DNA from: Owenia fusiformis
Lineage: Eukaryota
Length of the DNA: 64,000 nucleotides
NCBI GenBank assembly: GCA_903813345.2
Contig: CAIIXF020000001.1
Coordinates: 38,936,001-39,000,000, forward strand
Reading direction: 5' to 3'
A model generated the notes under the pieces. That model did no database searches and had not been told where the DNA came from. It was given only the letters and a program-made list of their open reading frames with translations. A program made the translations under genes and the position numbers. Positions within the stretch are counted from its first letter, which is position 1. Each line of letters opens with the position of its first letter. This document shows positions 11,495 through 25,170 of this stretch, one piece after another.

Positions 11495-12850
11495 AAGTCA
11501 CAGGAGGGGTGTCATAGAAGGGGTGTCAAACAAGTGACAGTGTTATGGGGGGGGGGGGTGTTACAAGGGTTGGTGACAAAAAGAAAGGGTGTCAAAGGAG
11601 GGGAGCATGTCACAGAGGGTGCGGGTGTCAAACAGGAGGATGGTGTTACAGGAGTTGGTGACAAAAAGAAAGGGGGTCACAGTAGGGGAGGATATCACAG
11701 AGGGGGGTGTCAAACAAGAAGACCGTGTTACAGGGGGAAGGGTGTTACAGGGAAGTGGCGTAGCGTGGGTATTTTGCGAGTGTATGCCAGGAGTGAGCAA
11801 AAAATGAGATTGCATTTGAAACTTTCTGGGTCGTTTTAAAATTTCAACTAATAAAATGTATTATTTTGTTTCTCACATATATGATCATTGTTATTAAACT
11901 ACATGTATTCAGAATATCCAGTATTTTAAAAGTGTGGGGCAATTTTATATCAAAATCAACCTTTTCAAATTTTGAAAGTATGCCATGGTGTATATTATGC
12001 GTATATGAAGGGGTGTTACAGGGGTTGGTGACAAAAAGAAATGGTGTTACAGGAGGAGATTGTGTCACAGAGGATGGGGGTTTCAAACAAGAGGATGGTC
12101 TTATAAGGGGAGAGGTGTTACAGTGGTTGGGGATAAAAAGAAAGGGTGCCAGAGGAGAGGAGGATATTACAGAGGGGTTGTCAAATAAGACAGTGTTAAA
12201 GGAGAAGAAGACAGGGTGTTACAGGGGTATGTGAGAAAAAGAGTGTCACAGAGGGAGTTTAACAAGAGGACGGTGCTACAGGAGGTGTTACAGGGATCAG
12301 TGACAAAAAGAAAGGGTGTCAGAGGAGGGGAGGATATTACAGAAGTGGATGTCAAATAAGAGAATGATGTGACAGGTTTATCCGTTTTATCCGTTGTCAT
12401 CCCGCAGTGGGAGCAATAGGGAGTATCGATATAATAGGGAGTATGATATAATAGGGAATAATAGGTGATATAATAGGGAGTATGTGGATGTATGAGATAA
12501 CAGGGAGCAGTATGAGATAACAGGGAGGAGTATGAGATAACAGGGAGGAGTATGAGATAACAGGGAGCAGTATGAGATAACAGGGAGGAGTATGAGATAA
12601 CAGGGATGAGTATGAGATAACAGTGATATAACAGTGGATTCAACCTTGCAGATATAACAGGGATCAGATATGAAATAACAGTGATATAACAGTGGATTCA
12701 ACCTTGCATAACATGTCCAAGAATAGCACAAGAGGCTAAATCTCACTGGGGGGTGTTACAAGGGTTGGTGACAAAAAGAAAGAAAGGGTGTCACAGGAGG
12801 GGAGGGTGTCACAGAGGGAGTCAAACAAAAGGGCAGTGTTACAGGGGTTT
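11495..12850. repeat. Purine-rich complex minisatellite interrupted by a 20-bp minisatellite block
   Basis: GA-rich units as above, plus (gggaggagtatgagataaca)n at about 12490-12620. Confidence 0.8.
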
Positions 12851-15440
12851 GTTTGGACATTAAGTCCAGAGCTGAATATGTCAGCACATGTTGATGATTG
12901 GTAAGTTAAAACAATTCTATCCTTATAACGTAACATATTTTCTATAGTTAAGTGAATTTCGGTCACAAACCATTCAGAAACAACAGTTAAAACGAAGATT
13001 GTCCGCGTCAGATTTGATTGTACCACCTGGAAATCAATGGGGTTCTCTCATTTGCATAATCACGTGAGCCATAGACTGTTATGGGGGATTTCCGAAGCAG
13101 GGTGACACACATTAACAGCAAACTCAATCGCCACTTAATTACATTTCCCTGTTTATTTCCCTATTTTCATTTTTGACCCCCTCCCTGAAAATGGCTGTGG
13201 GGTATAACATGACATTTTTCCAAAACAAGGCTTGAACATCTTCGTACACGCGACTAAAATTGCTTGAAATACCATACAGAACCACCCCACAAAGTTTCAT
13301 GATTTGTTCAATCAAAAATTATAAGAAACATGAATTCCGTGTACTAATATACAAATTGCCATTGTTGACAGGACAACATTATCGGCAATTGTAAAACTGT
13401 AATGACTTGAATTAACTAAGGATAAGGTGATTATTTTAGAAAAGTTTAATGACAAATTTTCAAATAAACAAGTAGTGTAACAAATTGAACAGGAACATTT
13501 TCAAAAAAATTTCCTTTGTTTAAATCTGGTCAAAATTGTTTTGGACAAGACAACACGGTACATTTTTTCAATGACTGTAAATATTTATTGGATAAACTTT
13601 TGTAGGTTACAAATGATGAATAGATGTTTAATTTGGCAATCCCTATTAAATCAATGCATGACTATCAATGGTGATAATGTTGATAGTAAACAGAATGAAA
13701 TATCCATTCAAAAAATTATAAATTCTCATTGATCATGTAAGGGTGAAGAATGATTCACTAGACTACTAATCTAATTTATAAAACTATATTCTAGTATACA
13801 TCTGACTCTGTATTAATTATCTATAAAAATGTGTCTGTGTATTAATGTTCTTTTCTAAGCATATCTTATATTATGGACATTCAAAAATGAAAGGAAACTC
13901 TTCCTTAACTTATTTATTTTTTTATTTTCACTTTCACTTTTAACATAGAGCAAATGGTGATAAATAAATTAAATAAAAAAATAAGTACCGTGGGTACTGG
14001 GCTCACATGGTGTTGCTCAAAAGTGAAGTGTCATGATGGCCAAAATAACAGAAAATAAAAAAAACGGATATAATTTTTTGTTTATTTTTTGTAACAAAAT
14101 TATTTCAAGCCACTTGCCACTATTTTGGACTGACTGAGAGACAGATGGACAAATCGATGTTAAGTAAAACGGCTGAAAAAAAACGGATATAATTTTTTGC
14201 CAATTATTTGTAACAAAATTATTTCATACAACTACGCTTTACAGTGACATGGCTTTTTGCAATGCAGGACACCTGAAATTATTTGTAAAGCTTGGAAATG
14301 GGCCAAAATTGAATTTCGCGAGACAAAAATGGCGACCATTTTAAAAATAGGCAAGCTTTTGAACCAGGAGTCATAGGGGAGTTTTTTGTATTGATGTTGA
14401 ACAAAAATAACTTGAAACTGGAATCCTATTGACAGAGGTTTTAAGCAAATGGTCCAAAAGAGGATTTTGCGAGACAGATTTACAAATCAATGGTAACTAA
14501 AATGGCTGAAAATAAAAAAACGGATATAATATACAACAACTCTTTACAGTAATATGGCTTTCTACAATGCAGGACAGCTGAAATTATTTGTAAAGCTAGG
14601 AAATGGGTCAAAAGTGAATTTCGCGAGACAAGAATGGCAGCCATCTTGAAAATAGGCGAGCTTTTGAACCAAGAGTCATAGGAGAGTTTTTTGTATTAAT
14701 GTTGAACAAAATTAACCTTAAACGGGAATCCTATTGACAGAGGGTTTAAGGCAAATGGTCCAAAAGTGGATTTTGCGAGACAGATGGACAAATCAATGTT
14801 AACTAAAATGGCTGAAAATAAAAAAAAATGGATGTAATTTTTTGCTGATTTTTCGTAACAAAATTATTTCATACATCTGCTTTTTACATTGACATGGATT
14901 TTTACAATGTAGGACACTTGAAATTATTTGTAAAGCTAGGAAATGGGTCAAAAGTGAATTTCGCGAGACAAAAATGGCGGCCATTTTGAAAATAGGTGAG
15001 CTTTTGAACCAGGAGTCATAGGGGAGTTTTCTGTATTGATGTTTAACAGAAACAACTTAAAACAGGAATCCTATCGACAGAGGTTTTAAAACGTGACAAA
15101 TGGACAAATCAATGTTAACTAAAATGGCTGAAAATAAAAAAACAGATATAATTTTTCGCTGATTTTTTGTAACAAAATTATTTCATATATCTACTCTTTA
15201 CATTGACTTGGATTTTTTCAATGTAGGACACCTGAAATTATTTGTAAAGCTAGGAAATGTGTCAAAAGTGAATTTCGCGAGACTAAAATGGCGGACATTT
15301 TGAAAATAGGCGAGCTTTTGAACCAGGAGTCAAAGGGGAGTTTTCTGTATGGATATTGAACAGAAATAACTTAAAACAGGAATCCTATCGACAGAGGTTT
15401 TAAAAAGTGCCACTATTGTTGACGGATGGACGGACGGTAC

Positions 15441-18400
15441 TACGCCCCTTTGGGGGTTTGTGTGGTATTCACGTTATGTGGTATATATTCTCTGTGGTAT
15501 ATTTACATTGTGTGGTAAATTGTCATATTGTGTGGTTGTCCAAGAATTGTTACGCCCAAATTGGGGTTTGTGTGGCATTAACTTTATGTGGTATTATGTT
15601 CTGTGGTATCATTTCATTGTATGGTACATTTTTCTCTTGCGTGGTACCAATGAAATGATACAACAAATCTTAATACCACATAAGGTTAATGCCACACAAA
15701 GCACCCTGCTTAGCATAGGATCAATTATATAGTTGTTTACCACATAAGATGAATTCCACATAGACATAAGGGTATGCTTGAACCACACAAGAGAAAAATG
15801 CACTATTCAGTGAAATGATACCACAGAACATAACACCACATAAAGGTAAATGCCACACAAACCCACTTTGCTTAGCATAGAATCAACAATTATATAGTTG
15901 TTTTACCACATAAAATGAATTCCACATAGACATAAAGGTATGTTTTAACCACACAAAGAGAAAAATGTAAATAAGGAAATAAAAATATATACCATAGGCC
16001 TATGTATTACATATTATTTTATATTATATACAATTGAATTATATGTAATTGAATTGAATTGTCTCTTGTCTTTTCTAGAATTTATTGCAATTTTCTAATA
16101 TATATATATACAGGGTGTTCCAAAAGTAACAGGACTGGTGCTGGCATTTAGTTAAATATGCACCAATCATCTTCAAAATTCTACATAATGTACTTTCATG
16201 TATCGTTACTTAGACTGCAAAGTTTCTACAAAATATATGAAACTCGGGTTGAGTTATGGTTGCTATAGTAACATGACATCACAATACCCGGGGCAACATT
16301 CCACGCAAAAAGTTACAGAGACATTAAGCATTTTGTACATGCCATATCATTTTGTACATGCTATATCAAAGTTGAAATGCAACAACTGGTGGGCATTACA
16401 TTTGTTTTACGTCATTTAATATTTCTATGTATCCTCTACTTTGAAAAATAGGCTTCTCTTTGGTCAGTACAAGAGTAGTACTCTGTATCCATGACCCAAA
16501 CACATGAGTGAACCCATTTGAGAGCATGTCACGCAGGGTCGATTGGACAATTTGGAGAAGGTCATTCTCATCTTTAAAGGTCGTACAGCACTTATTAGCA
16601 TTCCGTTCTCAATATAAGTAAAAATCAGATATTGCATGATCAGAGGAGTATGGTGCATGGTTTTAGACCCTCAAGACCTATAAGTTCCTCTATAGCTGCA
16701 TGGTCTTTAATGCCGACCTGCGGGCAGGCGCGCTATCAAGGTAGATGACTGGCTTCAAATTGGATCTTTATTTAGACTGTACTGTGATATTCCAGGAAAT
16801 TGAATAAATGTTATTATCATTATGAAATTATACTTGAATCTGAGTTGTATAGCAACAACTTTACAACAAAGGACTTAATAAAATAAACAAGAACTTTTGG
16901 ATTATAATAGGTGAATTAGATACTTTATTCAGTAATACAAAAATGTTAGATATCACATTTTCAGGACAAAAGTTGCCCCGGGTATTGGAATGGCATGTTA
17001 CTATAGTAACCATAACTCTAACCGCATTTCATCATTTTTTCTGAAACTTTATAATTTAAGTTGCAATACTTCAAAGTACAATTTGTGAAAATTTGAAGAT
17101 ACTCAGTGCATAATTGACAAAATGCCAGCACCAGTCCTATTACTTTTGGAACACCCTGTATATATAACTGATGTTCTGTGGTATTTCACTGTGTGTATTA
17201 AATTCCAAAATCCCCTTATATCTATGTGGAGCTCATCTTATGTGGTAAAACACCTATATAATTGATGTTCTGTGGTATTAAATTCAAAGATGCCCTTAAG
17301 TCTATGTGGAACTCATCTTATGTGGTAAAACACCTTTTTAATTGATCCTATGCAAAGCAATTAAACTGGTGGTTTATATTATTTAGCTTTGGCATTAGTT
17401 ACCCAGAGTATCAGCTTCTTTTTAAGTAAGCTTTGACGATCTTCAGCAAAATTATGGTTTAATGACTCTACCGCGATGGCGTTTGTTCCTCCAATCAGAG
17501 AGCAGAGATAAAACACGCTTGTACATATGATAGTCATTGAAAAATCAACGATCGATCCTAATTGGCTCGGAAAATTCAAAGGATCGTTGCTCATCCTAGT
17601 AGATGAACTCTCTCTGGAGAGCAAAGCAAGCGAATGTAAAGGGTAGGCATTAGTATTTCATTGAGGTGAATAAACGACGCATTGAATATATTGTTTAAGA
17701 AAATATAATGTATATCCAAAATTTGCTACCACGGGTTGTTTACACACCAACTGTTGTAAATACGTACAATCAAAAACGAGACTGTAAATTGAGATAATTA
17801 TGTGTGGATATGCTCTTGTTAATTGGCATTGGCTCATGGGCAATGAGCAACACAAATTAAAAATCCATGCTTAGCTGCCTTATATTATCATCATTCACTC
17901 ATTATTCATTCATCAGGCTATTAGCATGGGATCCAAGCAGGGCACGCCTTAAGCGTCTGACAGCCGGACTTGTCCGATTAAATAATGACAAGACCGGCTC
18001 AAAATCACAATTAGCCGGTCATTGTGACCGAGACCTTGTCCAATCTATAAGCCTTAGCGTAGATATCGTGTCCGAGGCCTAAACATTTTGAGATGACCCT
18101 TAAACTGTTGGCTGTTCATTTGTTTTTTATCTCCCCTTTCCATGAAAATCAATCTACACGTATAACGACATGATAAATTATAATCGATAGGGAGTTAAGT
18201 TTTAAATAGAACAGCCTCATTTATAATGCTAATTTAATTCTTGTCTCGGAGAAAAAGCCGAACATCTCCAAATATAGTAATCGGAAAGTACCGAATCACA
18301 AATAGATACCTCCGGTGATCTCCAAATAAGGAGTTCTTGACCCGAGTTCATCTAAAGATGGCGAAACCACTCGAAAAGTATGGATTCATATTCATATTTA

Positions 18401-21400
18401 GTTTTAAAACTGATTGTGCCAAGCGTAATTCTTAAGGTACGTAAAAAACTAATCGATTATAGTACTTCAAGTACTACTTATGGATCAAATAGACGTAGCG
18501 ATTTCGGCCATTTTCAGTGATATATTGCACAATAGTACGACTTTTCACAGATCAATTTTTGAAAATAGCGCATTGAAAATTTTGACCAGGAAGATTTGCT
18601 CATGACTGCAGATTTTGGAGAGGTGTTGGTCATCTTGACCAGCAGGTTTTGTATTTGACCACTTAAAAATTGGATCTTGCCGGACATCTTGACCAGCAAG
18701 GAAAATTTGCTTAAGGCATGCCCTGGATCCAAGTCATTTCAACCAATCATATTTTACAATTTGGGCAACATGTTTTTACTTTTATTCGAAGCATTGGATA
18801 AATATCTTCAACTTCCATGTGGGAATTGTGTTTTCCATGATGCAATATTTTTTTATAAAGCAATAATGAAGACATTGTCAAAATAAGGAGTTGCGTCTAT
18901 GTTAAAAAGTCGCAATCACTCCACTGCATAATGATCAAAGTCTCATTGCTACGGCAATGAATTTCATTCATGGACAAATTGTTTTGGTATATTTTATTGA
19001 ATAAAATTATATTTACCGTATTGTTGAAATTCAATACAACATTTTGAATATTTCATCAAAGAACGGGCCCGATCGCGAGCTCTCCCATGAATGCATCTGA
19101 CTAAAATTAGAGCCCATTTGAGAATTAACGAAATATCACAATGAGAATAAAAAATAACAATATGTTTTTCAAATTTATGATGACAAGAACGTCTTTTACC
19201 CGTGTCCTTGAACAATTTTATTAATTTTCTTACATTTAATGCGAAATATAAATTTTAAATTAGTAATTGCTGAATAAAACAATGCAAGTCGGATCTAATT
19301 CATAATTTATGATAGTTGTTACCACTCACTTTTTGACATTAATTAGTCAATTTATTAATTTATAATATCATTTAATATCATTGATATTTATTTTGATATC
19401 ATTGATATTTATACCAATATTGTAAAGAATCTAATAGTAATTGTTACTATTTTGTATTATGTTGGTTCAACCAGGTAGCAGTCGATGGAGTTAATATTTG
19501 ATTGACACCTGAGATTGTACTTGATAACTTGATACTAGTTTAAACCGGTTGAGCTAATTATAGTACAAGATTCTATTTTTAAGCTTATTCTGTCAGGTGG
19601 AACTAATATATCAGTAACCGCTTTTAGCAGGTTTTGAACAGGTTTCTGATGCAATATGCGTGGGCGATTGTGCAATTATTGCACAACTTTTGCCTGTTAT
19701 TGCGCAATCCTGACAGAATGATTTATGTTATTTTACTTGTATATAAGCAACCACGGATTCACAATCAAACATTCTGAATTCTGGATTGGGATCACCTTCT
19801 GAAAAATTCAACATTTGGATCACAACTACTATATTCTAGATTCATATTTTGGATCGCACAATCTGATGTTCTAATACGGGATCACCTTCGCGGATACTCT
19901 TGAGTTGGGAACACAACAACACTTAGAGGCGAGAATTATCTCAAAGACGTCCAAGATTGTGAATCCAGGTTGCAGATGAAAGCATAAATAAAGAATAAAT
20001 AAGTTACAACAGCATTTGTTAATCGTTATCGAGATGAGATACCTGTGAGTACCGGAAACCTACAAGATCCCGGAATAATCGAACATCGATCACGTAACCG
20101 TCACGGGTGATTGGGTTCATAATGATATACAGGCTTAAGTCAGTGGGTCAGACTATTAACCAATGAGGGTAGCTTAAGTTTTTTTAATATGCAAATCGTT
20201 TAGAAGCTTTAGATGGGGTTTTATTCTTCATGATGCTATTTGTAGCAGAAGATCTACTTCAATTTAATAATTAATGTGACAATCTATAATCAGTATATCG
20301 CAAAGATTAACTGCTCATTGAAAAGCGCGTGTTATCTTATAAAAATAGTGACATTAAAGTCTAAAAAGACAACCCATCGGGGGAGTACAGATATTGGATG
20401 TAAAATCTTAAAATTAAAGATAAACAATGGGGGGAGTGCAGACATTGGAAGAAAAAGCCAGAAGATACAGTACACAAATTTCCAAACTTCACACCATGAC
20501 TTGCCGTCAGGCCGGGACGTCAGGATCGCTTGTTTATGGTGTTTATAGATAGAATTCACTTTGTCTGAACGTTTAGTTCATTTCTAGTTACTTTATCAGT
20601 AAATAATTGCCCCGATGAGCCCGAAGTGCACACGCAAACATGCTGTTCGGACCAGCTGGCATGATCTAAGCTTTGAAAGTATGCATACTGTACTTCTCTT
20701 GGTCTACATTTAATAAATATTGCACGGCCTAGTGCTATACCTATTTATTTTTTCATTTCTCGTTTCCTCTGCAATCGTTGATAACAAACAGAAAATGGAA
20801 ATATTTTTAAGTTGAACCTCCGGATAAATCTGCATCCAACAATTTATTGTTACTTTAATTTAACAATGTGCTGAATAATTTGTTTAATTTGGGAAGAGGT
20901 CCGGGACTTCTAGACGTAAAGTCTGCCAGTTATGAATCGAAATTAAATCGTAAATAAATAAAAATACAATTGAACAAAAGACTAATAAATGCTTTTCATT
21001 GATTCTCACACTTTGAAACATTGACAATTTTATCAAAAAGTACTTAGGATGGAGGTATATTTGAATTTGCGGCCAGGCATCTTTGTAATGGGCGATAATA
21101 AAAAATAACCTAGCGACAATTAACGTTCCCGCACGTCGATTAAAATGTTACACGTCAACTGACGCGATTGGTTACACATGCGCAATTGAAAAAGATAGAA
21201 CGTCAATTAACGTAGTATCCGTCAATCAACTACAACGACGTTAATTGACGAGATAAACGTTAAATGACCTAATCGTCTCCACTGAGAAACCATGACATCA
21301 ATAATATAATTTTAATCCAATGTGGATGTACACCATTGATTTTAATATGTAAGGGATTTAATATTGCATGCTTCTTTAAAGTCATAACTGTGGTTTGATA

Positions 21401-23112
21401 TAACAGATACACTGTACAATTTCTCTGAAAAAATAATGTTCATACATTAGAATAATGTACTTGTGGTAAGATTTTTTAATTTTTAAAATTATTTTTCCTG
21501 CCCCTGGCAGGCCCCCGACAGCCTCCCGGCACAATTTCCACCACAAACTGCCCCCAAAATCTCCCCTTGTCACAACCCCGGCACTTTAATAATGCCGACC
21601 CCGTCAACCCTGCCGACCCTAGACTGTATCCTTCGTCTGAATAAATATTCAGACTGTAAGTCACCTATTGTAAAATGTGGTGTTGTATAAATGTTACAAA
21701 TAAGTTTGTTAAATGATAAAATGATTACCTTATAAAGTACTTACAATATTATTTTTTCGTATATTGTCCTCTTACTGAAGATATTCATAAAATGTACAGA
21801 CGCTTCTTGTAGCGAAGCCATTGATTAGGTCAAGCCATTTTGGCAATGCCAATTCTCACGATAAACGAGATTTAGCCAGTGACGTCAGTCTATTTGTAAA
21901 CAAATAACACGTGGAGCGGACGGAAGCGTGTTGATAAATTCCATTTGTGCGGGAATTTATTAGATCTAGTCATTTATTATCATTATCCCGATTAATTTTC
22001 TTCATTTATAGTAAATAGAGCGGAAATATTCATGAAGAAGGCCGAGGTAATCAAGTGGTCATGTGTTGTCAAAGTTCAAAATTTGCATATCTCGTTTGGA
22101 TCTCGTGAACTCAAACGTCCTTGACATTGATTTCGCGATGTACTTATAAACACATCCTGAAGTTTTGGTGAGTCTGAACATTTCATTATTTTATATCAAC
22201 TTGTACCCGCCTTATACAAATATTTTTGCTTCTAGTTTAAGATGAACATCTCTTCAACATATTCACCAATTTTCAAGGTGAACATTCTTGTAATAAACGA
22301 GAAATTTATGTGCAAAAAATATCACCGAGATTTCCACAGGAAATATATCAATCATAACAGACCGAATATTATATTCGGTCTGTTGGATACATACTACTGC
22401 CGACCCCAAAATGTTAAATTCCCATTGAGAATTTTTTTGCCCTTAGCAAATTGACAACCCCCGGTTGCCGGCAAACCCCAGAGCTTTTCGCAAGGTCTAT
22501 AACATGAGCATTGAAATAATTTCACAAGCTTGGGTGTAATACAGTTCCTTGTGTGGGAATCAATATACTTGCATTTGATAAAAATGACCATTTTTCTATT
22601 TGTTATGGAAATTCATACTCATTACATCTTTAACTGACTTATTCTTTCTCATTTATTGTCAAAGTTCTTATAAATCATTGGTGATTTATGCATAAATCAT
22701 AAAATTATGGGAATGTTCTTACCTCACATGTGTGTTAGAAGCCCTCCATTTTGTTTCTTAATTCAATTGACCAATGAAAACAAAGATTACAAATATGCAA
22801 ATTTGATAAAGATATGAGGTCTCTGATTGGTTTTCAGTGAATGCTCCTTCTCCAATCATAATCTAGTACAGAGATGTAATAGAGGAGGGCAATTTGAAAA
22901 TTTTGTGGAGTCATGGACAAATAATGGACATAGTCCATTTATGGACACTTAGACACTTCTTGTGTGGCATTCCCTGAAAATCCAAAATACCACAGTAGAT
23001 GGGTTTTTACACCCATTGAGAGCTTTTGTAATGTGGATAACCACACAAAAAAATTAACCACAGAAGCTATTTATTTTACTACCCGAACAACCACAAATAC
23101 CCCCATTCAAGA
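15441..23112. mobile_element. ~7.7-kb nested insertion with TGTGG/CCACA-rich subterminal repeats (unclassified DNA transposon-like)
   Basis: Interrupts the HINE microsatellite. gggggtttgtgtggt at the left end and accacaaataccccc at the right end form an imperfect inverted pair. No transposase ORF seen. Confidence 0.45.
16111..17158 (-). mobile_element. Deleted mariner element (TA-flanked, long imperfect TIRs)
   Basis: TIR cagggtgttccaaaagtaa.aggactggtgctggcattt. Decayed transposase on the - strand at about 16440-16750, including HAPYSSDHAISDFYLY (cf. HPPYSPDLAPSD). Confidence 0.85.
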
Positions 23113-23483
23113 ACACGGACGGACGGACGGACGGACGGACGGACGGACAGATGGACGAGTGAGTGATTGCAAAAGCTCACTATGTGAGCTAAAAAAGTAT
23201 TTCATTACTTACACTTGAAATTGAACTAACCATATTTCTCTAGCTTGAATCAAGGAAAAATTCACAATATATTGTTTAACAATTTTATTACTTTACAATT
23301 TAGGAAGAAATTGCCTAAAAAATGAGGAGGTACCCTCGAAGTTCCCTTTCTATTTTTTCATGTCCATGATATAATAATAATGTGATCCCTGATGTAACTT
23401 GGAACTGATTGTCTTCAAACCTTAGTCTGGACTGAATGAAATATCTATAATATCAGTAAGGTATTATTAGCCAAAATGAAAAG

Positions 23484-25025
23484 TTACTCTGACTTAATTT
23501 TTTGTCTACCTCGACAGCAACACTTAGATATAACCATCCTGCAGCAACAAGTTAGTAACAGTGACATGATGCCCAATCCCAGCATGACAATGCACATAAC
23601 ATCCAGGAGAAGTAGCTGGTATAAAGGCATGTCAATGGAATGAGACTTGAGATGGTCAGAGCCATACTTCAATACATGCCTCACCCAGTGTGCAACTTTC
23701 TCCTGGGCAGGCATTTGCTCTTTTACAATTGCAGAGCAGCGCTTGATCTTGCTCCTGAAAGTGTCATTAGTTGTGAGTTCAATCAAATTTTGTATAAGGC
23801 TTTCTGTAGTAAAAGTCTTCATTTGGAGGTCTAACCCAAAGCCTTTAACTCGCATCCTAACAGCATTGCTGAACTGGTCTCCATTCAAAGGGAATGTAAG
23901 AGTAGGTACACCATGGTAGACAGCCTCTAGTTGACCATTGTTGCCACCATGTGTGATAAACAAAATGGTCCTGGGATGTCCAAGAATATCATTCTGGGGT
24001 AGCCAATTCAAAGGAAGCACATTGTCAGGCACCTTCAATGTAGTTTCACTGTTTCTCATAATAAATCTCAATTTAGGGAAAACTTTAAACGCATCAAAAA
24101 ATTTCTTCAAAACACGATCAGGCATTTTTGAGAAAATACTTCCAAATGTCATTATAACAATCCCATCTTTAGCCCCCTGGATGAAGCTTTCAATATTCTC
24201 TGGGAGAGGATGTGGAGGATATGCTCCCATGCCTCCTACCATCTGATAATGTGGGGCAGTAACTCGTGGATAATCCAGACAAACATCTTGAAGATTGACA
24301 AGTACCAACTCAGACTGTTTGTAGAGAAAATCCATGCTGACAGCAGGCTTATTGGGGGCATATTCTGCGATAATACTATTAGGATACAGGACAGCAGGAA
24401 GCACATAGAGTGTCATGAATTGGGCAAACGTGTTAATCAATCTCTGTGTTACAGACATGTTATCAGTAAACCAGAAAGCTGGCAATGGTTGAACTGAAGG
24501 CAGTCCAGTAACTCCTGAAGCAAGTGGATCATCTGAGGCTGTTAGTGTTATGTATGGGATTGAATGTCGGTATGCTAACACATACAAATACCTACAGAAC
24601 AAAGTACCATCTATAATTGCTAAATTGAATTCAGTAGCATCCATCTGCTGTTTAAGCCCATTGTCACCAAGTACATCTAATTTCTGATTGTCAACAAGGT
24701 TTTTTATAGTACTCAGTGTTGTCATTAGAGACACTGGTTCTTTATTTTCTCCAAACACATCATTCTCCATAGCTTTCCTTAAGTCATCACTCTTGTCACC
24801 ATTCACACTGTCATATGTGATATAGTTTAATCCATGTTTATCGAGTGTTTTCTTATGACGAGGAGCAATAACAAAAGTGACAGAATGCCCTTCCTTTACT
24901 AAAGTATGGGCTGTCACCACAAAGAAATTCACATGACTGACATGGTCAAAGGGCATCATAACCAGATTCTTGCAGCGGACAAGACAAATTAGTCCAAGTG
25001 TCATCAGGAGGTGAAGCAACAACAT
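23484..25025 (-). CDS. UDP-glucuronosyl/glycosyltransferase, copy 3, 513 aa
   Basis: Same motifs (PLNGDQ variant). Acceptor at 25039-25040. Confidence 0.95.
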   Translation of the reverse strand: MLLLHLLMTLGLICLVRCKNLVMMPFDHVSHVNFFVVTAHTLVKEGHSVTFVIAPRHKKTLDKHGLNYITYDSVNGDKSDDLRKAMENDVFGENKEPVSLMTTLSTIKNLVDNQKLDVLGDNGLKQQMDATEFNLAIIDGTLFCRYLYVLAYRHSIPYITLTASDDPLASGVTGLPSVQPLPAFWFTDNMSVTQRLINTFAQFMTLYVLPAVLYPNSIIAEYAPNKPAVSMDFLYKQSELVLVNLQDVCLDYPRVTAPHYQMVGGMGAYPPHPLPENIESFIQGAKDGIVIMTFGSIFSKMPDRVLKKFFDAFKVFPKLRFIMRNSETTLKVPDNVLPLNWLPQNDILGHPRTILFITHGGNNGQLEAVYHGVPTLTFPLNGDQFSNAVRMRVKGFGLDLQMKTFTTESLIQNLIELTTNDTFRSKIKRCSAIVKEQMPAQEKVAHWVRHVLKYGSDHLKSHSIDMPLYQLLLLDVMCIVMLGLGIMSLLLTCCCRMVISKCCCRGRQKIKSE

Positions 25026-25170
25026 TCTGCACGGTTTCCTGAAAATAGTTCAAATTCATAAAATAGAGCTTAAAGCGCCTCTGAACCATTGCAGTTTGAT
25101 TTATATCTGGGAAGAAACTAAAAGATGTTGACATATGGTATTCATAACCCTACCAATTTTTTTAATTTAA

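Larger units (their letters stand above)
13981..23195 (-). mobile_element. Composite ~9.2-kb HINE with nested cargo, inserted in the 3' flank of UGT copy 3
   Basis: Subterminal IR gctcacatggtg (14001) / cactatgtgagc (23178). Tandem repeats of about 305-340 bp at 14030-15405. GGAC microsatellite split between about 15420 and 23115. The flanks rejoin to match the uninterrupted flank at 4740-4830. Confidence 0.75.

Noticed and set aside
4288..25170. UGT triplication as an assembly or haplotype artefact
   Set aside because: The three copies differ by many substitutions, indels and distinct TE insertions, and have defined junctions.
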